The notes: a model not told the origin generated them from the sequence alone. DNA of 64,000 nt from Vulcanimicrobiota bacterium (GCA_031082125.1 JAVHLM010000003.1:288842-352841), one strand, 5' to 3'; shown: positions 1 to 10,082, counted from the stretch's first letter. Made by a program: numbers and translations.

Positions 1-652
1 GCCTCCCCCTTCCCCGTCTCCGGAGGCTTCGCCTGTCATCACGCCGGGGCCAGGAGAGGCAGGGAAGTCCCTCAGCCTTGAGGCAGTGCTCCAGAAGATG
101 AAAGAAGCGAATGCGGGGCTCAAGGATTACTCATCACCCATAAGGATAACGGGCTTGGCGAGCTATTCCATTATCGACACTGCTCTTTACATTGAAGGGA
201 CCTATTATTTCAAGACACCTGACAAGCACAGGCTCAAGATAAGCAAGGGCCCCCACTACCTGGCCCAGTATCCCCAGGCCTTCGGCTGGAGCCTCCCCGA
301 CCCCCGGGAGTGGACAGGCAAGGTGAAGGAGGTCAATGAAAACGGGAAAGACTATTTCCTTGTGAAGCTTATCCCTGTGATGGGGCAGGGTGACCTGTTG
401 AAAAACGAGTTATGGGTTGATAAAAAGTCCTACCTTTTCTCCAGGCAGGTCTCCTATTACCGTGACAAGGGCATGATGACCATAGAGAGCTCATACCGGG
501 TGGTGGAAGGCTTTCATGTATTTGACAAACTTATTGGGCACTTTGAGTTTCCCAAGAAGCACCTGAAGGGCAAAGCCCAGGCTGAGTACGGCGAGTACAG
601 GATAAACGGGGGCATCGACGATGCCGTATTCCAGGATGAAAAGAAAAAATAG
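1..652 (+). CDS. LolA-like outer-membrane lipoprotein-sorting family protein; 5' end lies outside the window
   Basis: The frame of the listed ORF (GTG at 86) stays open back to nt 2, so the gene is 5'-truncated by the window edge. The sequence (EAVLQKMKEANAGLKDYS...YFKTPDKHRLKI...WVDKKSYLF) resembles LolA/LppX-fold lipoprotein-sorting proteins. The stop is at 650-652. Confidence 0.5.
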   Translation, partial: PPPSPSPEASPVITPGPGEAGKSLSLEAVLQKMKEANAGLKDYSSPIRITGLASYSIIDTALYIEGTYYFKTPDKHRLKISKGPHYLAQYPQAFGWSLPDPREWTGKVKEVNENGKDYFLVKLIPVMGQGDLLKNELWVDKKSYLFSRQVSYYRDKGMMTIESSYRVVEGFHVFDKLIGHFEFPKKHLKGKAQAEYGEYRINGGIDDAVFQDEKKK

Positions 653-664
653 GGGAGCCCGGCT

Positions 665-1819
665 TCACGGCGACGGCGGCAAAGGGACCTTTATCTTCTC
701 TTCGTATACCTTCAGGGCAGCCTCTATCACCCTGTCCATGTTGAGATAGCGGTAAGTTCCCAGCCTTCCGCCGAAAATGACGTTCCTGAGCCCCCGGGAA
801 TCCTGCATATAGCGCTCATAGGTTTCCCGGTCCTCACTCCTGTTCACAGGGTAGTAAGGCTCGTCATCGCCTTCAAGGCTCTTGGAATACTCGCGGAATA
901 TCAGGGTCTTTTTCTCTCCATAGGCTCTCTCGCGGTGAAGGTGCCTGAACTCATGGATCCTGGTGAAGGGGACGGCGGAGTCTGCATAATTCATCACGGC
1001 CGTGCCCTGGTAATCTCCCTCCTCAAGGATCTCCCGTTCAAAAAGGGAGGTCCGCCATGCCAGTCTGCCGTGCCGGTAGTTGAAAAAGCGGTCAAGAGGC
1101 CCCGTATAGACGATCAGGCAGTCATCGCCCAGCAGGTGGCGCACCTCAAAAAAGTCCGTATTGAGATGGAGAGAGATATTGGGGTGGGCAAGCATTTTCT
1201 CGAAGACGCCGGTGTAGCCGCAGAGAGGGAGGCCCTGCCAGGGATCGTTGAAATAGTTGCTGTGATAGCTGTAAGATACGGGAAGCCTTGCCATGATATC
1301 AGAGGGAAGTTCCCTTGGATCGACGCCCCACTGCTTGATGGAGTACCCCCTGATAAGGGCTTCATAGAGAGGCCTTCCCACGGAGGAAATGGCCACTTCC
1401 TCGAAATTTGAGGGTGTCGGGGAGCCCTCCTTTTCGATCTCGCTGCAGAGAAACGCGCGGGCCTCCGAGGGCTTGAAATTGGCTTCATAGAAAGCATTTA
1501 TGGTGCTGAGATTGATGGGCATCTGATACACCCTGCCCTTATGCTCGGTAAGCACCTTGTGCTGATAATCGTTGAAAGGGGAGAACCTGCTTATATAACG
1601 CCATACCGCCTCGCTCGAGGTATGGAAAATATGGGAGCCGTACTTGTGGAATTCTATACCCGTCTCCCGATCAGTCTCCGTGTAGCAGTTACCGCCTATA
1701 TGGGCTCTCTTTTCAACAAGGGCCACGGGCTCTCCCATGTCGGCGGCAATTCTTTCCGCTATGGTGGCGCCGAAGAACCCCGCACCGGCCACGAGATACC
1801 TGAAGTGCTCAAAGCTCAT
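665..1819 (-). CDS. glf: UDP-galactopyranose mutase
   Basis: Clear N-terminal FAD-binding signature AGAGFFGATIAERIA...VEKRAHIGGNCYT and GIEFHKYGSHIFHT. The 384-aa length is typical of Glf. The start ATG directly abuts the stop of the upstream GT2 gene (TAG-ATG), with GGAG five nt upstream. Confidence 0.9.
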   Translation of the reverse strand: MSFEHFRYLVAGAGFFGATIAERIAADMGEPVALVEKRAHIGGNCYTETDRETGIEFHKYGSHIFHTSSEAVWRYISRFSPFNDYQHKVLTEHKGRVYQMPINLSTINAFYEANFKPSEARAFLCSEIEKEGSPTPSNFEEVAISSVGRPLYEALIRGYSIKQWGVDPRELPSDIMARLPVSYSYHSNYFNDPWQGLPLCGYTGVFEKMLAHPNISLHLNTDFFEVRHLLGDDCLIVYTGPLDRFFNYRHGRLAWRTSLFEREILEEGDYQGTAVMNYADSAVPFTRIHEFRHLHRERAYGEKKTLIFREYSKSLEGDDEPYYPVNRSEDRETYERYMQDSRGLRNVIFGGRLGTYRYLNMDRVIEAALKVYEEKIKVPLPPSP

Positions 1820-2661
1820 CTAAAGCTCCATATCTTTAAGAAAATTGCGCTTCCTCCCGAACTGCTTCACCGTGTCCTTCAGCATCGAGTCAAAATCCCT
1901 CACGGTGGGCTGGAACTGCCCCTCGGCCTTGTCATGGTTCTGGTGTATCACAAAAATGTCTTTCGGCGAGTTGGTCACCCAGTTCAGGAGCCTCCGGCGC
2001 TGGATAAAGTCGAAATCCACGGTGCCCCAGTGATCGGACTCGTTGAGGCCCCCGAATTCCTTCCACTTCGTGCGAAGCATACCGCCGAAAATCCAGGATT
2101 CCCACTCATCACAGGTCTCGGCAAATGAGGGCGTGCTGTACGGGTTTATTACCATGCCGAGGTACTCCTCCTTGTAGAGAGGCTCCTTGTTGTCATAAAA
2201 TCCCTCTATGTTCCTTATGGCATAAAAATCGTTCTCCCAGTCCACCGAGTCAATCTTCTCCTGCATCGAGAAGGTGAGATAATAGGTCCGGGAGTTAAAG
2301 TAGTGGTCGGGGTGGGCTCTCAGGGTTCTGTTGGCCTTTTCAATGCAGTCAAAACAGATCATCACCTCGGGATGGGCGATGTAGACAAACTCCCCCCTTG
2401 ATTTCATGATGCCGCGGTTGACGATGGCGCCGGCATCCCTCCACTCCCCCGGCTTCTTGTCATCGAGCTTCACGTAACTGATCTTGAGCTGGCCTGAAAA
2501 GGACTTCACGAGAGCCTCTGTGTCATCGGAAGAGCCATCGTCAAGAATGATAAGCTCGAAGCGCTTCTCGGTCTGCCTGGCGTAACACTTGAGGGACCGC
2601 TTCAAGAGGTGGGCGCGGTTGTAGGTGCACAGCACGACGCTGGCAAAATCTTTTATCACTG
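1820..2661 (-). CDS. family 2 glycosyltransferase, possibly a galactofuranosyltransferase
   Basis: GT2 motifs VVLCTYNRAHLLKRSLKCYARQT and LIILDDGSSDDT. The ORF-track start at 2758 is probably too long. A GTG at 2659-2661 sits 8 nt after a perfect GGAGG (minus-strand reading GGAGGAAGCAGTGATAAAAGAT), giving about 280 aa. Confidence 0.8.
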
Positions 2662-2669
2662 CTTCCTCC

Positions 2670-3599
2670 TTACTTCTTAAGGACCAGCATGAGCCATCGC
2701 GGGGGAATGGTCTCCTTCCTTGCAATCTGTTCCCTGTGTTCATCAAGAAGCTCATCAATCGCCCCTGTCGTCTGGGGCAGGTCGCCCCCGTAATCGTGAA
2801 AGGCCATGATGCCTCCTGGAACTATATGAGGCCAGATGGCATGGAAATCATGCTTCACCACTTCAGGCTCATGGTTCCCATCCAGAAAGGCAAAGACGAA
2901 TTTCTGGTCCTCACTGAAACGGAGCGTTCTTGAGTCGCCTTTCACCACGCGGATGTTGGGATATTCCCTTGTGTTCTCGAGAAAAAGCTCTTCCTGGTTG
3001 CGGCCGCCCAGAAGCAGATGGTAGATATCGGCCATTGCATAGCCGGCGGTATTGACGGTCCTGTCAACGTCCGGGTCAAAAATATCGACGGCATAGACCT
3101 TTTTCCCCCAGGGAAGCGCAGCCTTCGCAAGCTTTGCCGTGCCGCCGCCGATGAAGCACCCTATCTCCAGGAAATCCCCTTCAAGCCGGAAAAGGTCGCA
3201 CTCTTCCATGAGAGCGATAAAGATCTCATAGCCGACGAGATCACTGATCGTGCCGTAGGGAAACCGGTAGATATAGAGCTTTCTCGGGAAGGGATTGCCC
3301 TTTCCAGGGAGTTCCATATGCGTCCTCACAAAAGAATCAGCAGGATCTTTTTCATACCGGATCATTTCCTGAAAGTTCCCGAAACCCCTGCAGGTTGGCA
3401 CCTTTTTTGATCGGCTCACCGGGAAAAACTGGCGCAGGGGATCTACGTGGAGCGCCTGAGAGAAAGCGACCGCTACGCAAAGGTTTACACAGAACAGGAC
3501 GCCCGGGAGGCAGCCTGCCACGAAGCGCAGAAACATGCCGATTGATTTGAACCAGTGCAAGGTCACTGAAGACCCAACAGCTTCACCGCCAGAAGCCAC
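2670..3599 (-). CDS. class I SAM-dependent methyltransferase (TylF/MycF-like O-methyltransferase fold)
   Basis: FLEIGCFIGGGTAKLAKAA...KVYAVDIFDP matches the Rossmann SAM-binding motif of macrocin-O-methyltransferase-like enzymes. There is an N-terminal hydrophobic segment. The start is uncertain: GTG at 3599 or ATG at 3536. Confidence 0.6.
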   Translation of the reverse strand: MASGGEAVGSSVTLHWFKSIGMFLRFVAGCLPGVLFCVNLCVAVAFSQALHVDPLRQFFPVSRSKKVPTCRGFGNFQEMIRYEKDPADSFVRTHMELPGKGNPFPRKLYIYRFPYGTISDLVGYEIFIALMEECDLFRLEGDFLEIGCFIGGGTAKLAKAALPWGKKVYAVDIFDPDVDRTVNTAGYAMADIYHLLLGGRNQEELFLENTREYPNIRVVKGDSRTLRFSEDQKFVFAFLDGNHEPEVVKHDFHAIWPHIVPGGIMAFHDYGGDLPQTTGAIDELLDEHREQIARKETIPPRWLMLVLKK

Positions 3600-3607
3600 A
3601 GCCAGTT

Positions 3608-4783
3608 TTACGCATTGTCAGGGCCCTTTGCTTCAGCGGGGGACCCTTCCGCGGCATTGACGACGTACCTCCTGGTCGGGTACACCTTCATATCGGCGTC
3701 GATCACCTTTCTGGTCACAGGGTCCACGTAGAGATCAATCTCCCCCACCTGGCGGCCATGGGAGCCGGCTTCGACGATATAGGTCTTGTGAGGGTAAGGA
3801 CCTGTATCAAAGGCCGCGTTGGCCGTCTTGTGGTCATGACCCGCGACAATGACGTCAATGTAAGGAACCTGGGCGGCAAGGTGCTTGAGCTCCTCCATGC
3901 TGAGCTGCACTTCCTCATCACTGAGGGTGTAGTCCTCGGTGAGGTGGCTGCCCTCATCCTTGATATCGGTGATTCCCTTGTGGACAAGAGCTACGATGAC
4001 CTCTGCGCCTTCATGGCGCATCTCATCGACGCTCTTGAGAAGGGATGCTGATTCAGAAAGGGCCGTAATATCATCGCCCATCTCGGGATGCTGCGGTGTG
4101 TGCATCTTTGTGGTGGTAATTCCCACAAAGCCTACTTTTACCCCCTTGATATCGGCTATGAAGTATGGGACAGTGCCTGAGATAGGCTTCTGGGTATCCT
4201 TATCAAGCAGGTTGGAGCTTACGACTCTCGCCTTGAGCTCTTTGAAATATTCCTTGACTGCCACGCCACTGCCCCACTGGAACTCGTGGTTCCCCGGCAC
4301 CACGGCGGTATAGCCTTCCTTGTTGAAAAACTCGACAATCCTGCCGAAACGGTCGGGGTCGCCGTGATTGGCCGTGTTGCCCGCGTCGCCCGAATCCACC
4401 AGCACTGCATCAGGGTTGACACGCTTCAGCCTTTCAACAACCTTTTCAACGGCAGGGAGGGTGCGGGTAGCGCCATGAAGGTCGTTCGTGTGGATGAGGG
4501 GGATCTTTATGAGGTTACCCGGCGATGCGGCGCTTTCCGGGGGAGGCGGATTGTTTTCCGGTTCTGATTTTTTGTTGCTCTTGGGCTTCTTCTTTGCGGC
4601 CGCTTCCCCGTGAGGGGCAGCAGGGGCTTTCCTCTCCGCAGACTCACCAGGGACATCGCCCCGGGGCTTGAAAGAATCAGCAGGCTCATCGACTGCTGCA
4701 GGCTCTGAAAGATTCCGGGCCTGCGGTTCCGTGAAAGGGAGACTGACGTTTCTGAAGGCCGGGAACTGCACTTCACCCACCAT
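3608..4783 (-). CDS. calcineurin-like metallophosphoesterase, 5'-nucleotidase/UshA N-terminal-domain-like
   Basis: Motifs IHTNDLHG, DSGDAGN, GNHEF and VAGHDH of the metallophosphatase fold. The N-terminal about 90 aa are low-complexity and Pro/Lys-rich. RBS GAGGAG 7 nt before the ATG. Confidence 0.7.
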   Translation of the reverse strand: MVGEVQFPAFRNVSLPFTEPQARNLSEPAAVDEPADSFKPRGDVPGESAERKAPAAPHGEAAAKKKPKSNKKSEPENNPPPPESAASPGNLIKIPLIHTNDLHGATRTLPAVEKVVERLKRVNPDAVLVDSGDAGNTANHGDPDRFGRIVEFFNKEGYTAVVPGNHEFQWGSGVAVKEYFKELKARVVSSNLLDKDTQKPISGTVPYFIADIKGVKVGFVGITTTKMHTPQHPEMGDDITALSESASLLKSVDEMRHEGAEVIVALVHKGITDIKDEGSHLTEDYTLSDEEVQLSMEELKHLAAQVPYIDVIVAGHDHKTANAAFDTGPYPHKTYIVEAGSHGRQVGEIDLYVDPVTRKVIDADMKVYPTRRYVVNAAEGSPAEAKGPDNA

Positions 4784-4900
4784 AGCGCTGCTCCTCTCGA
4801 AAACTGGGTTTCACCCTCAAGATGATTATACCTTATTACGGGCCTCAGGGATATTGAGAAATTGTAAATTTTCGGAGCCGGGAAAGAGAGCCGCTCTGCT

Positions 4901-6157
4901 TCAGCGGTATGCAGGGAAGAGATCATGGTCCGGCCACCTTGTGACACCTGCTGCAGCCTCGTGGAGCGCCAGATCAATCTCGCCGTACTCGACATAGTTT
5001 GAAAGAGCGCACTCATTGAAGAGGACGACCCATGAAAAACCGTCATGACGGCGCACAAGCAATGAGTAGGTCCCCGGGAGGAGGCCGGCATGCCAGTAAT
5101 TGGCCTTCCCTGAAGACCCCACAGGCCTCACGAGCCAGCCGCACCCGTAATAATAGTCCGAGGGGCTGCCATCATCTTCAATCCAGGCGGGGGCTGGCGG
5201 CCGCCCGTACATGGCCTTCCTGAACTCGGCAGTGAAAAGCTCCCGGCATGACATTCCGTCAAGGGCAGAGGCAAACCTTGCCAGGTCTAAGACCGATGCA
5301 AGCCAGCCGCCATGGGAGTCCATGGCTTCAAGGCAGAAGCCTCCATAGGGACGGAGGACCACAGGCGGCGTCTTTCCGGGAAATACGCTGGACTCCTGTG
5401 TTGAATCACTCTCATAATAACATACCTCACCGGGAGCGCGCTCGCCGGGGAGGGTTTTGCCAAGGCGCATGCCCTTTATTCCCATAGGCTCAAGAAGGCT
5501 CTCTTTCACGTATTCTTCGTAGCCCTGGCCCGATAGCGCCTCAATCACCCTGCCCAGCACGCAGTACCCGAAGTTGGAATACGAGTAGCGGCTTCCCGGA
5601 TCGAAATCAAGAGGTTTTTTGAGCATGTGGTCTATGATCTGCTCCTGGCGGGCAGGAGGCGTCATGCCATGCTCCTCGGCAATAGGGCGGGACTGGAACA
5701 TGGGGTCGCCGCTCTCCCCGCTTTCCCAGCCCGCCGTGTGCTGGAGCAGATGGCGGAGGGTAATCTGCCTGAGCCTCGGGTCGGCAGGGTCCTTGACGGC
5801 AGGATATTTCTCACTGGAGAGGAGAGGGAAAGCGTGTGAATCAAGGCTCACCTTGCCGCCGCTTTTCTGGATGAGAGTAAAAAGGGCTGCTGCAGTGAAA
5901 GGCTTTGAGATGCTGGCAATGCGGAAAAGCGATGTTTCCTTTACAGGCTCCCCTTTCTTCCTGTCTGCCACGCCGTATCCCCGGGCATAGACAAGGCGGC
6001 CGTCCTTGACGACTGCCAGGGCGCCGCCGGGGATCTGGTGCTTTGTCATGTAGCGCTCCATGGTGCTGTCGAAGCTCCCGAATTCCTTGCCGGCACAGGC
6101 GGGGGCTCCCTGGAATACCATCATGAGAATAAACAGGGCGCGGCACAGTAGTTTCAT
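4901..6157 (-). CDS. serine hydrolase, beta-lactamase/transpeptidase fold (class C-like)
   Basis: Signal peptide MKLLCRALFILMMVFQGAPACA. SxxK motif SISKPFTA, with YSN later. Start placed at the second Met (6157) because it begins the signal peptide. Confidence 0.7.
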   Translation of the reverse strand: MKLLCRALFILMMVFQGAPACAGKEFGSFDSTMERYMTKHQIPGGALAVVKDGRLVYARGYGVADRKKGEPVKETSLFRIASISKPFTAAALFTLIQKSGGKVSLDSHAFPLLSSEKYPAVKDPADPRLRQITLRHLLQHTAGWESGESGDPMFQSRPIAEEHGMTPPARQEQIIDHMLKKPLDFDPGSRYSYSNFGYCVLGRVIEALSGQGYEEYVKESLLEPMGIKGMRLGKTLPGERAPGEVCYYESDSTQESSVFPGKTPPVVLRPYGGFCLEAMDSHGGWLASVLDLARFASALDGMSCRELFTAEFRKAMYGRPPAPAWIEDDGSPSDYYYGCGWLVRPVGSSGKANYWHAGLLPGTYSLLVRRHDGFSWVVLFNECALSNYVEYGEIDLALHEAAAGVTRWPDHDLFPAYR

Positions 6158-6246
6158 TGAGCACCTCTCTCGAAAATGCATTATCCCGAGGTGGATTCAC
6201 CTGGAGAGCTGTTTATTCCTTTTGAATCACAAAAGAGCCGGGGTAC

Positions 6247-6666
6247 TTATGAAGAGCCCTGGAAAACCTCTCTCAGCTTTTCATAGAGCCCGGGAAAGCG
6301 CGTCATTTTCACTATTTTTCTCTCGGGCGAGATGAAGGTGTGCACCGATGTTCCTGAGGCAATGAGCTCATGGTCCTTTTTCGCTTCATAGGCCAGGGTA
6401 ATTCGCGCATTGGTCATCCCTACGGGGACCGTCACGATGGTGAGCCAGTCTTCATACCGGGCCACCGATCTGAGCTGGCACGTGAAAAACACCACGGGAG
6501 CCCAGATTCCCCTTCTTTCGAACTCGGAATAAGAGAGGATGTGGCGCGCGAAGAAATCTGTCCTGCCGGCTTCAAAATATACCGGGTACACGGAATGATG
6601 GACCACACCCATCTGATCGGTTTCCACATAGCGGACCTGCAGCTTTATCTCTGACAGAAAGGGCAT
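6247..6666 (-). CDS. acyl-CoA thioesterase, 4HBT/YbgC-like hotdog fold
   Basis: MPFLSEIKLQVRYVETDQMGVVHHSVYPVYFEAGRTDFF is the canonical hotdog thioesterase N-terminus. The listed 230-aa ORF is over-extended. ATG at 6664-6666 with AAGGAG 8 nt upstream. Confidence 0.7.
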   Translation of the reverse strand: MPFLSEIKLQVRYVETDQMGVVHHSVYPVYFEAGRTDFFARHILSYSEFERRGIWAPVVFFTCQLRSVARYEDWLTIVTVPVGMTNARITLAYEAKKDHELIASGTSVHTFISPERKIVKMTRFPGLYEKLREVFQGSS

Positions 6667-6722
6667 TTTCCTTGCTCCTTCTCTGAATGACAAAGAAGAT
6701 ATTCCTGAAAAAATGAGGGCCG

Positions 6723-7097
6723 CTATCTGCTTCCCGCGCCGCCCCTCTTCAGGGAAAAGAACTTCACCCCTGCCATGATGACTATCACCAGGCCGATGAG
6801 GGTGATGAGGCAGAATGGAATTATAAAGACGATATGGCGATGGTCCGAGAGGGTCGTCGTGCAGAAAACGGGCCAGGCACATATTCCTCCGATACCGAGA
6901 AGAAGAACCAGGCCGCCCTTTACCCCAAGAGTGATGCAATCCTTCACTTTCTTGATCTCCTGCTTCTCTTCGGTCCCCTTCTGAGTGACCTTCTCGCGGT
7001 GCTCAGCCTCCATCCGGGCGAAATCCCTCTGGGTGAGGGAACCGCGCTTCCTGCCTGAAGAAGAACGGCCTGGGCCTGAATCATTATTAAAGCTCAC
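6723..7097 (-). CDS. small membrane protein (2 predicted TM helices), unknown function
   Basis: ORF with two clear hydrophobic helices (LVLLLGIGGICAWPVFC and IVFIIPFCLITLIGLVIVIMAGV) after a charged N-terminus. It sits upstream of the thioesterase on the same strand. No homology recognised. Confidence 0.35.
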   Translation of the reverse strand: MSFNNDSGPGRSSSGRKRGSLTQRDFARMEAEHREKVTQKGTEEKQEIKKVKDCITLGVKGGLVLLLGIGGICAWPVFCTTTLSDHRHIVFIIPFCLITLIGLVIVIMAGVKFFSLKRGGAGSR

Positions 7098-7287
7098 CTT
7101 TTCCTCCCGCCTGTGCTGTCCCCCGGTGGGGCAGCGTTATGATGCCTTATTATTTTATCATGTCAGGGGGAAAATGAGAAGACCTTCAGGCCTCTTGAAA
7201 TTTCTATACATTGAGAGTAATATAAGAGAGTGGCTCGAAGAGACTTGAGCGGCAGGATACTACCGGTAGAAGGGGAGGAAAACCTCT

Positions 7288-8757
7288 ATGGAGATAAGTT
7301 TTGACAGAACCGCACAAGGTCCGGCACAGAGAGCGACCACGGCTGCACCGGCGAATGGGCTTTCAGGGGGCTCTCTCCCGACCGATCAGGCAAAGGACAC
7401 CTGGTCCGGATCTGCCACGCCGCAGAATACAGCCCCCCGGACCATGAAAAATATTTCCACCGCCAGCGCCTCCGAGGCCCTCTTCAAGGGAGAAGAGCAG
7501 GCCGTAAAGGTGCCATCCGAGGTCATGTGGAGCTTCCAGGCTCCTGCTGCTTCCAATGCGCCTCCCGTCACCGGCCCTCCGGGAAATGTCTATGTAAGAG
7601 CCGGATCGGACTTCCTCTATGCCGTTGATACCAAGGGAGCCGTCTTATGGAGCACAAAAGTGGAAGACACTTTCGGCAGGGAACCGGCTATTGACAGTAA
7701 GGGTAATGTTTACTTCTCCGACAGCTCATTCGGCACCATGAAGATTGCCTCGCATGATCCCCAGGGAGGAAAACGCTGGGAATACACCCAGCAGGTGACC
7801 GGCACGGGCTCCAAGACCGAGGAAGATGACCGCATACTGCTTGATGCCCCCTCAAACACCATGATCCTCTGCCTCAAGAACAGGCTCTTTGGCCTGGATA
7901 TGAGCTCGGGAGCCTGCAACTGGACCTTCAGCCTCTCGGACTATGAATACGGGGAAGTCGGGCACCTCAGACAGGGGCCCGGCGGCAGCTATTATCTTGC
8001 CTCCAACGTGGATCACCAGATCCATATCCTTGATCCTAAGACAGGCAAGGAGACAGGGAAATTCAAAGGCACGCAGGATCCCCACTCTTACCTGGGGATG
8101 GCGGTGGGACAGGACGGCACGGTCTTCACCACCGAGGAGCTCGGCGACTGGAACAAACGGGCGGTCCGGGCCCAGAAGCCCGACGGAAGCACCTTGTGGC
8201 AGAGCAGGAGCGCCGAGTACGTGAGGGATCCTCTCGTGGGACCTGACGGCACCGTGTATATCCAGCGCAAGGAAGGCCGGGAGAAATACTGCCTCGACGC
8301 CCTCGAGCCCGCCACCGGCGAGCTGAAATGGTACAGGCCCATGCCGGGCGGGAACTGCGACGATCCGCTGCTGATGGCCGACGGCAGCCTCCTCATAAAG
8401 GCTGATGAGCCTGCCGATCCCGCCACAAAGCGGCCCTGGAAAAAGGGTTGGCACAGGGCCATGGAAGAAGATCCCGTCAGCAAAATATACTGCCTCAGCC
8501 CCGGCGGAACGGTGAAGTGGACCCTCGAGCCCGGGTTATGGCTCCACTCGAAGCTCACCCTCGACGAGAGCAAGGGTATCCTCTACGGCAGCGACAACAC
8601 CGGAGGATGCCTCGGCATCAACATAAGCAAGCTTGATGAGACAGTGATGAAAATCCGCGAACAGTCTGTGCCCGACGACGGCAGCCCGCTCAAGATTGTC
8701 CTGGAAGAGGACTGCGTCGATATCGGAGGCATCCGCCTCCCCGTAGGCAGGGGATAG
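7288..8757 (+). CDS. PQQ-like beta-propeller repeat protein (BamB/YxaL-like)
   Basis: Repeated ~40-aa units of the type G.VYa.d..G.lyAlD..tG...W (for example NVYVRAGSDFLYAVDTKGAVLWS, HILDPKTGKETGKF, LDALEPATGELKWY). Confidence 0.65.
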   Translation: MEISFDRTAQGPAQRATTAAPANGLSGGSLPTDQAKDTWSGSATPQNTAPRTMKNISTASASEALFKGEEQAVKVPSEVMWSFQAPAASNAPPVTGPPGNVYVRAGSDFLYAVDTKGAVLWSTKVEDTFGREPAIDSKGNVYFSDSSFGTMKIASHDPQGGKRWEYTQQVTGTGSKTEEDDRILLDAPSNTMILCLKNRLFGLDMSSGACNWTFSLSDYEYGEVGHLRQGPGGSYYLASNVDHQIHILDPKTGKETGKFKGTQDPHSYLGMAVGQDGTVFTTEELGDWNKRAVRAQKPDGSTLWQSRSAEYVRDPLVGPDGTVYIQRKEGREKYCLDALEPATGELKWYRPMPGGNCDDPLLMADGSLLIKADEPADPATKRPWKKGWHRAMEEDPVSKIYCLSPGGTVKWTLEPGLWLHSKLTLDESKGILYGSDNTGGCLGINISKLDETVMKIREQSVPDDGSPLKIVLEEDCVDIGGIRLPVGRG

Positions 8758-8771
8758 CGCCGGGGCAGGCG

Positions 8772-10082
8772 TCAGGCCTTTCCGGGATCTTCCTTCTTCT
8801 TCGGGAGCTTCAATCCATCTATCACGATGAACTCCTCATCCTGCTCCACCGTCTTCTGCTGCTCTACCGGCGCGGCCTCGGGATTCTTGGCGATCTTCTC
8901 CGCCTCGGCCTTCATGGTGAGGGCCGGTACATTCATGGCATAGAGCTTTCCGTTATTGCAGCCGAAATAGAAGTTGCCTTCCCCGTCGCAGGCGGGAGGG
9001 CAGTGAATATAGCTGTCGGCATGGTACTGCATCTGCTTGACGCCGGTCTGCTGGTCCAGGCAGAGGACCATGTTCCTGTCGGTCACCACATAGAGAAGGC
9101 CATTCTCGGCAGGCACTGGCTCTACACGGAGCTCGCCGCCGATGTAGAACTCCCACTTGTGCTGCCCCGACACGGGGTCCACGGCATAGAGGAGATTGTC
9201 GTTGTTCCCCACGTAAACGGTGCCGTCGGGACCTACCACCGGCGTGGGAAGGATCCAGTGGCCAGTAGGGAATTCCCATTTCCCCTCCCCTGTCGAAGGA
9301 TCGATGGCGTGAAGGGTCTTGTCAATGCACCCCGCGTATACGGTACCATCGGGGCCTACGGCGGGAGAATTGCGGAGCATATCGCCGGTCTTGTATTTCC
9401 ATTTCTCTTTGCCTGTTCCCGATTCAAGGGCGTACACGCAGCCGTCATGGCCTCCCCCGTACACTGTGCCGTCCTTCCCGAGCACGGGATCTGATTCAAA
9501 GTTCTGGGTGATGGGCGTCCGGGCCGTTATCTTCCGGTTTTTCAGGTCAATGGCGATAAGCCCGCCATCGCCGCGCATCGAAGCCCGGCCATCTTCATAG
9601 ACGGTAATGGAGGCCGCTGAGGAACCTATGGGAAGTTTCCACTTGTCGTCACCCGTTGCAGGATCAAGGGCATGAAGGCATCCGTCATCTTCCACCAAGA
9701 GGAGGGAGCCGTCGGGGGCAAGAACGGCCGGAGGAGGGCCATCGCTTCCCATTTTCTTCTGCCATAGCTCCGATCCGGTCTTTGCGTCAAAGGCGTGGAG
9801 CGCCTTGTCAGGATAGCGGTCGCTTACGATAAGGGTGCTGCCGGCAAGCACGGGGGAGCCCATGACAGAAAGCTCCTTGGTCCACTTCACCTCGGCGGTC
9901 TTTTTTGTGCTGCCTGTCAGAAGAGCCCCGGCAGCCTTCTTTATATCCACGGGCGGGGCCGAGGAAGCGCTTTTCTGAAAAGCATCGCTTATGTTCGCAA
10001 AAGCCTGGGGCGATTCATTCCCAGCCGCCTGAGGCTGAGTACGGTCACCTGGTATCAACGATCCCCTGTCGCGTATCTCCAT
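8772..10082 (-). CDS. PQQ-like beta-propeller repeat protein
   Basis: Same repeat type (LHAFDAKTGSELWQKK, LHALDPATGDDKWKL, VYALESGTGKEKWKY, LHAIDPSTGEGKWEF, LYAVDPVSGQHKWEF). Convergent with 7288-8757. Confidence 0.7.
   Translation of the reverse strand: MEIRDRGSLIPGDRTQPQAAGNESPQAFANISDAFQKSASSAPPVDIKKAAGALLTGSTKKTAEVKWTKELSVMGSPVLAGSTLIVSDRYPDKALHAFDAKTGSELWQKKMGSDGPPPAVLAPDGSLLLVEDDGCLHALDPATGDDKWKLPIGSSAASITVYEDGRASMRGDGGLIAIDLKNRKITARTPITQNFESDPVLGKDGTVYGGGHDGCVYALESGTGKEKWKYKTGDMLRNSPAVGPDGTVYAGCIDKTLHAIDPSTGEGKWEFPTGHWILPTPVVGPDGTVYVGNNDNLLYAVDPVSGQHKWEFYIGGELRVEPVPAENGLLYVVTDRNMVLCLDQQTGVKQMQYHADSYIHCPPACDGEGNFYFGCNNGKLYAMNVPALTMKAEAEKIAKNPEAAPVEQQKTVEQDEEFIVIDGLKLPKKKEDPGKA

Noticed and set aside
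935-1497. ORFs 935-1411 (+) and 1114-1497 (-) inside the glf gene
   Set aside because: They are fully nested in or antisense to the strongly supported Glf CDS. No motifs found.
4507-5091. 194-aa minus ORF overlapping the phosphoesterase and beta-lactamase-like genes
   Set aside because: It is frame-shadow of real genes. It is Ser/Arg-rich and has no RBS.
6247-6939. Long 230-aa version of the thioesterase ORF
   Set aside because: The N-terminal 91 aa overlap the separate membrane-protein ORF and have no thioesterase similarity. The internal ATG at 6666 with AAGGAG is the convincing start.
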